Below, in pieces: positions 56,635 to 64,000 of a stretch of DNA of 64,000 nt (positions within the stretch are counted from its first letter, which is position 1; each line of letters starts with the position of its first letter). Under the pieces are notes generated by a model. The model was not told where the DNA came from. It made no database searches and saw only the letters and a program-made list of their open reading frames with translations. The DNA is from an uncultured Actinomycetes bacterium (GTDB lineage: Bacteria; Actinomycetota; Acidimicrobiia; IMCC26256; DASPTH01). The DNA is taken from NCBI GenBank assembly GCA_963726965.1, contig CAVSEI010000006.1, forward strand, positions 268,159-332,158, written 5' to 3'. A program made the translations under genes and the position numbers.

Positions 56635-57402
56635 ATGAGGATTCTCGTGACGAACGACGACGGCGTCGACTCACCCGGCATCCACGCGCTGGCTGCCGCG
56701 CTCGTCGCCGACGGACACGACGTGCTCGTTGTCGCACCCACCGACGATCGCAGCGGCTCGGGCGCATCGATCGGGCGTCTCTACGGCAGCGGTCCACCTC
56801 CGGTGATCCGACAGACATGGGACGAGCTTCCGGACCTCTTGGTGCACGCCATCGATGCACCCCCTGCTACGGCGGTCTTCGCCGCCTGCCTCGGCGCGTT
56901 CGGCGATCTTCCCGACCTCATCGCGTCCGGGATCAACCCCGGCGCCAACACCGGACACCTCGTGCTGCACTCGGGGACGGTCGGTGCCACCCTCACCGGC
57001 GCGGGCTACGGCATTCCCGGGATTGCGGTGTCGATGGAGTGGAGCGAGTCGCGCGACTATCACTGGGAGACCGCAGCCACGGTCGCCGCGGGCGCGGTCG
57101 AATGGGCAGCCAAGCCCGACGGCGAACCCCGCGTCCTGAACATCAACGTGCCGAACCGCCCGCTCGACGAGCTGCGCGGAGTGCGCGAGGCGGAACTCGC
57201 ACCCGCGGGTGAAGTGTGGGTCGCATCGGCGGACGTGTCGTCGGGCGACCTCAAGCTGGAGATCAAGGGCCGAGCCGATCCCGCGCCGGGAACGGACGTC
57301 GCGATCATCGCCGACGGTTACGTGTCGGTCACACCGTTGATGAGCATCGTGCGCGGGTCGGCGACCGGCGCCGCCGAGGCGTTGCGCGACACCCTGCGCT
57401 GA
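56635..57402 (+). CDS. surE: 5'/3'-nucleotidase SurE
   Basis: MRILVTNDDGVDSPGI, GINPGANTG, SGTVGAT. Intact. Confidence 0.9.
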   Translation: MRILVTNDDGVDSPGIHALAAALVADGHDVLVVAPTDDRSGSGASIGRLYGSGPPPVIRQTWDELPDLLVHAIDAPPATAVFAACLGAFGDLPDLIASGINPGANTGHLVLHSGTVGATLTGAGYGIPGIAVSMEWSESRDYHWETAATVAAGAVEWAAKPDGEPRVLNINVPNRPLDELRGVREAELAPAGEVWVASADVSSGDLKLEIKGRADPAPGTDVAIIADGYVSVTPLMSIVRGSATGAAEALRDTLR

Positions 57403-57559
57403 GCGACGACACGCCGTTCAGCCGAAGTGCAACCGCGCGGCGGCGACGATGGCCAGAAGTTGAACAACGAGTGACGGGCCGGGTGAAGTTCAGGTGAACG
57501 AGCGACCGCGGGCTGGCCCACGGTCGTAACATCCGCCTGTCTCGACCCCGTTCCACGAG

Positions 57560-57970
57560 GTGGCGCAGCTCATGTCCGTCGACGTCGATCGCCTGGCGAA
57601 GATTCCGCTCTTCTCTGATCTCACCGACGATGAACGGGCCGCGATCGCGGGCAAATTGGAGGAGCGCGATGCGCACAGCGGCGAGCACCTGAGTTCGGAA
57701 GGTGGCGCGGGTTACTTCTTCTTCGTCATCGAGAGCGGTGCTGCGATCGTGACCCGCGGTGGCGAAACCCTCGCGGTCTTCGGCCCCGGCGACTTCTTCG
57801 GCGAGGCGACGATCTTCCGGACCCGACGCCGAACCGCGACCGTGACCGCGAGCGAACCGACCGTCCTCTTCGCGATGTTCGGCGCTGACTTCGCGAAGCT
57901 GGTCTCCGACATCCCTCGGCTCCACGCGCACATCGACGAAGCGCTGGACGCTCGCCTTCCCGCCGAATAG
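57560..57970 (+). CDS. cyclic-nucleotide-binding domain protein (136 aa, stand-alone)
   Basis: IPLFSDLTDDERAAIAG...FGPGDFFGEATIFRTRRRTATVTA is the cNMP-binding signature. Intact. Confidence 0.8.
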   Translation: MAQLMSVDVDRLAKIPLFSDLTDDERAAIAGKLEERDAHSGEHLSSEGGAGYFFFVIESGAAIVTRGGETLAVFGPGDFFGEATIFRTRRRTATVTASEPTVLFAMFGADFAKLVSDIPRLHAHIDEALDARLPAE

Positions 57971-58013
57971 GGGCAACCGGTACGCTCTCAAGCCCCGAAC
58001 GAGGAGCTTCCCC

Positions 58014-58472
58014 ATGCCGGCAGTCGGCGATCTCGCGCCCGATTTCACCCTCAAGGACCAGGACGGCAACGAGGTCACGCTGTCGGGACTGCGCGGCAAG
58101 CCCGTCGTGATCGTCTTCTACCCGTTCACGTTCACCGGCACGTGCCAAGGCGAGCTGTGCGAGATCCGCGACGACCCGTCGGCGTTCGAACGACGGGGCG
58201 CACAGGTACTCGCGGTCTCATGCGACTCCCGCCACTCGCAGCGCATCTGGGCCGAGGAACAGGGGTTCACCTTTCCCGTCCTCAGCGACTTCTGGCCCCA
58301 CGGCGCGGTCGCCCAGGAGTACGGCGTGTTCAACGAGGCGCTGGGCTGCGCGAACCGCGCGACGTTCGTGCTCGACAAGGACGGCGTCATCAGTTCGACG
58401 TTCGCCTCGCCCGACCTCGGCACGCCCCGGGCCAAGGCCGAGTACGAGACCGCACTCGCCAAGGTCAGCTGA
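58014..58472 (+). CDS. peroxiredoxin (AhpE/Bcp-like)
   Basis: APDFTLKDQDGNEVTLSGLRGKPVVIVFYPFTFTGTCQGELC. Intact. The 3' end overlaps convergent arsR by 8 nt. Confidence 0.9.
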   Translation: MPAVGDLAPDFTLKDQDGNEVTLSGLRGKPVVIVFYPFTFTGTCQGELCEIRDDPSAFERRGAQVLAVSCDSRHSQRIWAEEQGFTFPVLSDFWPHGAVAQEYGVFNEALGCANRATFVLDKDGVISSTFASPDLGTPRAKAEYETALAKVS

Positions 58473-58792
58473 TCACCCTCGGCGCCAGCGAGTCGCGGAC
58501 GGCATCGAGGCGTTCGGGCACGATCCGCCACCAGACCCAACGGCCGCGCTTCTCGCCGCTGATGAGCCCCGCCTCCGCGAGCACCTTGGTGTGGTGCGAG
58601 ATGGTCGGTTGCGCCTTGCCGAGCGGCTCGAGCAGGTTGCACGAGCAGATCTCGCCGGCCTCGGCCACCAGGCTGAGCAGCCGCAACCGCACCGGGTCGG
58701 CCATGCGCCGCGAACACCAGCGCGAGGTCTTCGGCCGCGGCTCTCGGCCAGAGGTTCCGGCCAGGAGCCGACGGGCAGCACGTCCGTGTCAT
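58465..58792 (-). pseudogene. ArsR/SmtB-family metalloregulator, one frame break near 58707
   Basis: The N-terminus MTRTCCPS...AAEDLALVF is in ORF 58118..58876. Then ADPVRLRLLSLVAEAGEICSCNLLEPLGKAQPTISHHTKVLAEAGL (wHTH with a CxC site) follows in ORF 58465..58704. Confidence 0.85.
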
Positions 58793-58823
58793 ATTGACAA
58801 CCTTCGATTGATCTGCCATCATC

Positions 58824-58849
58824 GATACATCGACATCACTGAATGTATC
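58824..58849. promoter_or_regulatory. candidate ArsR operator: GATACAT-N12-ATGTATC inverted repeat
   Basis: Seen directly in the AT-richer 82-bp divergent gap between arsR (start 58792) and cadI (start 58875). A second inverted repeat, TCGAT...ATCGA, lies just upstream (58804-58825). Confidence 0.5.
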
Positions 58850-58874
58850 AGACCTGCCGAGATCGGAGCCGGCC

Positions 58875-59329
58875 ATGAGCCGAGTGCAACTCGCCCTGAA
58901 CGTCTCGAACCTCGACGACGCGGTCGACTTCTACTCCAAGCTGTTCGCCACCGAACCGACCAAGCTCCGCCCGGGCTACGCCAACTTCGCCATCGCCGAG
59001 CCGCCGCTCAAGCTCGTGCTCATCGAGGGTCACGGTGATCCGGGATCGCTGAACCATCTCGGCGTCGAGGTCGAGACGACCGACGACGTGAGCGCCGCCC
59101 AGGCGCGCCTGGCGAGCAGGGCCTTGCGACCGCAACCGAGGACGAGGTCGCGTGCTGCTACGCGGTGCAGGACAAGGTGTGGGTCGACGGTCCCGACCGC
59201 GAGCCGTGGGAGATCTACACCGTGCTCGCCGACGTCGAGATGGAACCGGGCGAGCTGCGCACCGTCGCGCCCGGGGCTGACCCGACGTGTTGTGCGGCGG
59301 CGCCGGAGTCGGCCGCCCGCTGCTGCTGA
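58875..59329 (+). pseudogene. ArsI/CadI-family VOC metalloenzyme, frame break(s) near 59115
   Basis: MSRVQLALNVSNLDDAVDFYSKLFATEPTKLRPGYANFAIAEPPLKLVLIEGHG...LNHLGVEV closely resembles mycobacterial CadI as I remember it. ACCYAVQDKVWVDGPDREPWEIYTV and the Cys-rich tail CCAAAPESAARCC are in another frame. Confidence 0.85.
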
Positions 59330-59336
59330 TCCGACG

Positions 59337-60048
59337 TTGGAACGCGAACTCGCCCGCCGGGCGACGGCGGAAGGTGTCGGCACCGCGCTGCTCGTCGCCA
59401 TCGTCGTCGGCTCGGGGATCTGCCGCGCAGCGACTTTCACCGCACGACGTCGGGCTCCAGCTGCTCGAGAACTCGATCGCGACCGGTGCCGGACTCGTCG
59501 CGCTGATCCTCGCGCTCGGCCCGGTGTCGGGCGCGCACTTCAACCCGGTGGTCACCATGGCCGACCGCATCCTCGGCGGCACTTCCACGCGCGACGCCGG
59601 CGTCTACGTCGTCGTCCAGATCGTCGGCGCGTGCATCGGCGCGATGGTCGCCAACCTCATGTTCGACCTTCCGGCCGTGACCATCTCCACCACACCCGCT
59701 CGTCGAGTGGGCTGTGGCTCGGTGAGGTGGTCGCCGCGTTCGGGCTGCTGCTCGTCATCCTCGGCGTCGTGCGCGCCGGACGCGCTTCGGTCGCCGCGTT
59801 CGCGGTCGGCGGCTACATCGCCGCCGCCTACTGGTTCACGTCGTCGACGAGCTTCGCCAACCCCGCGGTCACCATCGGGCGCATGCTCAGCAACACGTTC
59901 GCCGGCATCGCTCCGAGCAGCGTCCCGATGTTCATCGTGATGCAGGTGCTCGGCGCGCTCGCTCGCAGTCGCGCTCGGCCTGTTCCTGTTTCCCGACATC
60001 CCCGCCACCGATCTTGTCGTACCTCACGAATCTCCGGAGGCACCATGA
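59337..60048 (+). pseudogene. MIP-family channel (aquaglyceroporin, likely arsenite/antimonite-permeable), 3 frame breaks
   Basis: AEGVGTALLVAIVVGSGI, GAHFNPVVT (first NPx) and FANPAVTIGR (NPA) lie in alternating frames. The stop overlaps the arsC ATG (ATGA at 60045-48). Confidence 0.85.
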
Positions 60049-60682
60049 CCGACGACATCCTCACCATCGACCAGCAACTCGCGTTGAAGTCCGCGGCCGC
60101 GCGACTCGCGGAGCAGTTCGACGGCGTGTTCGGGCCGGAGACCATCGAGCGCTTTCTCGACCTCGAGCTACGACCAGTTCGCGAGCCGAGCGACCGCGAC
60201 GAACTTCCTCCCGATCATGGCGGAACGCTTCGCGCGTCAGCGACTGCACGCACTCGCGCGCGTGGAGGGCCAGGCGGACGACGGTCTCCCGACCGTGCTG
60301 TTCCTCTGCGTGCACAACGCGGGTCGGTCGCAGATGGCGCTCGGGTGGTTCAACCACCTCGCCGGCGAGCGAGCAGTGGCGTGGTCCGGTGGATCGGAAC
60401 CCGGGAACGAGGTCAACCCCGCCGCAATCGCGGCGATGGCCGAGGTCGGCATCGACATCAGCGCCGAGTTCCCGAAGCCGTGGACCGACGAGATCGTCCA
60501 GGCGGCCGACGTCGTCGTCACGATGGGGTGCGGCGACGCGTGCCCGTTCTTCCCCGGGAAGCGCTACGAGGACTGGGTGCTCGACGATCCCGCCGGGCAT
60601 GGGCGTCGAGGCGGTGCGACCGATCCGCGACGAGATCCGCGAGCGGGTACGAGAATTGTTGCTGAGCCTCGGCGTCGCGTGA
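60045..60682 (+). pseudogene. arsC: LMW-PTPase-type arsenate reductase with N-terminal helical extension, at least 2 frame breaks
   Basis: [15 protein letters not shown] (CX5R P-loop) and [11 protein letters not shown] in ORF 60217..60714. The N-terminus [25 protein letters not shown] and the C-terminus [22 protein letters not shown] are in other frames. Confidence 0.85.
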
Positions 60683-60698
60683 CTCAAACCTGCTCGAC

Positions 60699-61407
60699 TC
60701 AGACCTTCTCGTAGCGGTAGCCGACGCCGCGGACGGTGACGATGCGCGCCGGGTTGCCGGGATCGGCTTCGACCTTGGCCCGCAGCCGCTTCACGTGGAC
60801 GTCGAGCGTCTTGGTGTCGCCGTAGTAGTTCGGACCCCACACGCGGTCGATGAGCACGTCGCGGGTCAGCACGCGTCCGGCGTTCGCGAGCAACAACTCG
60901 AGCAGCTCGAACTCCTTCAGCGGCGAGCGCGACCCGTTCACCGCGCACCGCGACCTCGTGGCGCGCCGCGTCGAGCCGCACGTCGCCGATCTCGAGCACC
61001 TCGCCCGGCTTGCGCGACCCCGGTCGTCGTCGCCGCGCCCTCGCCGCAGCGAGGCCCGCACTCGCGCCGACCAGTTCGCGCAGGCGGAAGGGCTTGGTCA
61101 CGTAGTCGTCGGCGCCGACCTCGAGCCCGACGACCGCGTCGATCTCCGCGTTGCGTGCCGTGACCATGATGATCGGGACCTGCGAGCGCGATCCGGAGCT
61201 CGCGACACACGTCGATCCCCGAGATCCGCGGGAGCATCACGTCGAGCAGCACGAGCGCCGGCCGCACCGCGTCGAACCGCTGCGATCGCCTCGGCACCGT
61301 CGGCGGCGACCTCGACCCGGAAGCCCTTCGCGTTCGAGCGCGACGCGCAGCGCGTCGCGGTACGACTGCTCGTCGTCGACGACGAGGATCAGCGGTGCAT
61401 CGGCCAT
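60699..61407 (-). pseudogene. OmpR/PhoB-family response regulator, at least 5 frame breaks
   Basis: [78 protein letters not shown] and [14 protein letters not shown]...[14 protein letters not shown] are spread over three frames. The ATG overlaps the kinase stop (TGATG). Confidence 0.9.
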
Positions 61408-62538
61408 CAGGCGATCTCCTGTGTCTCGGACGGCACCGCGGCAGTCGCCGGTTCGAGCGGAAGGACGAAGCGGAACGTCGAGCCCTGGCCCTCGATCGAC
61501 TCGACCGTGACCTCGCCGCCGTGGGCGCGCGCGACGTGGCGCACGATCGCCAGCCCGAGTCCGGTCCCGCCGGTGGCGCGGCTGCGGGCCTGGTCGACCC
61601 GGTAGAAACGTTCGAAGATCCGCTCGAGGTCACGCCCCGGGATCCCGATCCCGGCGTCGCGCGACCGTGACACCTCGACGGTGTCGTCGATCGAGCGCGG
61701 TGCTCACGGTGACCGCGCTCGCCGGGCTCGGAGTACTTCACCGCGTTGTCGATGCAGGTTGGCGATCGCGCTCACCACCTGGCGGCGATCGCACACGACC
61801 AGCGCGCCGGTCGACTCCGGGAGGGCACCGCAGGTTGATCCCGGCCGCGGCCGCGGCCGGGCGCAAGCTGGTCGACCGAGTCGTCGACGAGCACCTCCAG
61901 CGGGACCGGCGTGCGGCGCGGTGCTTCCTGCGTCTCGATGAGGCTGAGGTCGAGCAGATCGTCGACGATACGGGCGAGCCGCTCCGCTTCCTTGCACGAT
62001 CCGGTCGGCGAGCGGTCGGGTGACCGCGGGATCGTTCTCGGCGACGAGCGTCTCGGCGAGCACCTCCAGCGCGCCGATCGGTGTCTTCAGCTCGTGACTC
62101 ACGTTGGCGACGAAGTCACGCCGCACGCTCTCGATCCGGTGGACCTCGGACACGTCGGCGACGAACGCGGCCACCCCGAGTCGCTCGATCGGAAAGCCCG
62201 ATCGGGACCGCGGAGAGGTGGACGACCGCGCGCGGTGGCCCGAAGAGCTGCAACTCGCGCTCGCACCGCTCGCCGTTGAGCGCACGCGACACGAGCGCGT
62301 CGAGCGCGCCCGCCGACCACCGCGTCGGAGTGGCGCGCCTCGCGGTAGCGCTCCGCCGCGGGGTTGCGGAACACTTCGACACCGTCGGCGTCGAGCACGA
62401 GGACGCCGTCACGCAGCTCGTCGAGCACCGGCGAGCAGCCGGTCGCGCTGTTCGACCACGGTGTCCGTCTCGACCGACGCCTCGGCCAACGCCTGTTCCA
62501 ACGCCGCGCGTCGATTGCTCGCGTCGCTGCGGGCTCAT
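61407..62538 (-). pseudogene. PAS-containing sensor histidine kinase (PhoR/SenX3-like), at least 6 frame breaks
   Basis: VLDELRDGVLVLDADG (PAS), RRDFVANVSHELKTPIGAL (H-box), NAVKYSEPG (N-box) and [20 protein letters not shown]...[10 protein letters not shown] (G-boxes) lie in several frames. The ATG at 62538 is 4 nt after the pstB stop. Confidence 0.85.
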
Positions 62539-62542
62539 GTGC

Positions 62543-63470
62543 TCAACCGAACCGCCCGGTGATGTAGCCCTCGGTGCGAGCGTCCGTCGGCGCGGTGAAC
62601 ATCTTCTCGGTGACGTCGAACTCCACCAGACGACCGACGCGCTTGCCCTGCGTCGTCGACCTCGGCGGTGAAGAACGCGGTGCGATCGGACACTCGTGCC
62701 GCTTGCTGCATGTTGTGGGTCACGATCACGATGGTGAACTCGGTCTTGAGCTCGGCCATGAGGTCTTCGATCCGCGCGGTCGCGATCGGGTCGAGCGCGG
62801 AGCACGGCTCGTCCATGAGGATCACGTCGGGCTCGACCGCGAGCGCGCGCGCGATGCACAGCCGCTGTTGCTGACCACCCGAGAGCGACAGCCCGCTGTG
62901 CTTGAGCTTGTCCTTCACTTCGTCCCACAACGCGGCGCGGGTGAGCGCGTGCTCGACGATGTCGGGCATCTCCGACCGCTTCCGACCGTTGAGCTTGGGT
63001 CCGTACGCGACGTTGTCGAAGATGGTCTTCGGGAACGGATTCGGCTTCTGGAACACCATGCCGATGCGCCGACGCACCTCGGCGGCGTCGACCTTCGCAC
63101 CGTAGAGGTTCTCGCCGTGGTACGTGACGCTGCCCGAGCACCTGCGCGCCGGGGGTGCAGATCGTGCATGCGGTTGAGGCACCGCAGCACGGTGGTCTTG
63201 CCGCACCCCGACGGACCGATGAACGCGGTGATCTCGTTGGCCGCGATGTCGAGGTCGACCTCGCGCACGGCGGTGTGTCCGCTGTACTTGCACCTCGAGG
63301 TCGCGCAGCTCGAAGACGAGCTCGCTGCTCGCTCCTCGGGCTCCTCCGGTGGCGCCGGCGTGTCGGGAACGTCGACTCCGGTGGTGCGGGGCGTCGACGT
63401 CGGTCGTCACGTCGACGACGTTAGCGGTGGGTTCCACGAGCGTGGGCACGGATCCGTCCTCGGGGGTCAT
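62543..63470 (-). pseudogene. pstB: phosphate ABC transporter ATPase PstB, at least 4 frame breaks
   Basis: [25 protein letters not shown] (ORF 62915..63268). [25 protein letters not shown]...[33 protein letters not shown] (ORF 62535..63470). The C-terminus [20 protein letters not shown] is in a third frame. Confidence 0.95.
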
Positions 63471-64000
63471 GCCGTCTGCCGGCGGGAGAAGAACGCGGTC
63501 ACCAACCGGGCGAGGATGGTGAACACGAACACGATGACGATCAGGGTGAGTGCGGCGCCCCAGGCGCGATCCTGCGCGGGGGTGAAGGGTGAGGTGGCGT
63601 TGGCGAAGATCTGGAGCGGCAGCGCGGTGTTCTGGCCGTGGAACAGGCTGGAGTTGGTCTCGCGGACGATACCGATCGTGAACAGCAGCGGCGCGGTCTC
63701 GCCGGCGGCGCGGGCAACGGCCAGCAGCGCACCGCTCACGATCCCGGCCGCGGCGTTGGGCAGGACCACGGTGCGGATCGTGCGGGCCCGGCGGCTCCCG
63801 AGCGCGTAGCTCCCTTCGCGGAGCTCGCGAGGAACCAGCGAGAGCATCTGATCGGTCGTGCGGATGATGATCGGGAGCATCAGGCAGGCGAGGGCCAGCG
63901 CGCCGGCGAAGCCGGTCCGCTCCTTGGTGTTCAAGACCACCAGCGTGTAGATGAAGAGGCCCATGACGATCGACGGGACGCCGGTCATCACCTCGGCGAG
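63467..64000 (-). CDS. pstA: phosphate ABC transporter permease PstA, C-terminal part (continues beyond window end)
   Basis: ORF 63467..63991: [46 protein letters not shown] (EAA-type loop). The frame stays open upstream to the window edge, and the stop overlaps the pstB start. Confidence 0.9.
   Translation of the reverse strand, partial: LAEVMTGVPSIVMGLFIYTLVVLNTKERTGFAGALALACLMLPIIIRTTDQMLSLVPRELREGSYALGSRRARTIRTVVLPNAAAGIVSGALLAVARAAGETAPLLFTIGIVRETNSSLFHGQNTALPLQIFANATSPFTPAQDRAWGAALTLIVIVFVFTILARLVTAFFSRRQTA

Overview
This is a very GC-rich, actinobacterial-type chromosomal segment (codon third positions are almost all G/C). It carries about 62 housekeeping or metabolic protein genes on both strands. 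By eye I found no rRNA, tRNA, CRISPR array, transposase or prophage genes.

Modules in order:
- lpdA-sucB-lipB-lipA, the lipoate/2-oxoacid dehydrogenase cluster (1-3843, minus strand).
- A cell-envelope polysaccharide set (4219-15292): Wzx-like flippase, SDR epimerase, GT-B glycosyltransferases and MBL-fold proteins, interspersed with an acyl-CoA dehydrogenase, map and others.
- The ergothioneine cluster egtA-B-C-D (15516-19775).
- A glycogen-debranching-like enzyme plus a GT4 glycosyltransferase (20244-23479).
- An Fe-S assembly locus split into two convergent units, sufC1-sufS-sufU (24016-26531, +) and sufB(intein)-sufD-Rieske-sufC2 (32667 down to 27726, -), with an L,D-transpeptidase gene between them.
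- UPF0182, a DivIVA-domain protein, a PDZ/Lon-like protease, an orphan mreB, moaE and an HtrA-like protein.
- A polyphosphate module ppk1-CYTH/CHAD-Nudix-SixA-surE (52036-57402).
- An arsR / cadI-MIP-arsC metalloid island (58465-60682).
- pstA-pstB followed by a PhoR/PhoP-like two-component pair (60699-64000, minus strand).

Two things dominate the window:
1. A LAGLIDADG-type intein sits inside sufB.
2. There is an extraordinary number of +/-1 reading-frame breaks: roughly 38 genes are affected, with on the order of 100 breaks, while the protein sequence is otherwise well conserved. I judge this more likely consensus indel error than biology. Affected genes are typed 'pseudogene' only in the sense 'not translatable as written'.

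Many long ORFs in the supplied track are GC-driven shadow ORFs and were ignored. The track also omits ORFs that lack a stop inside the window. Start codons and frameshift positions are approximate. Family names come from remembered conserved motifs; no searches were run.
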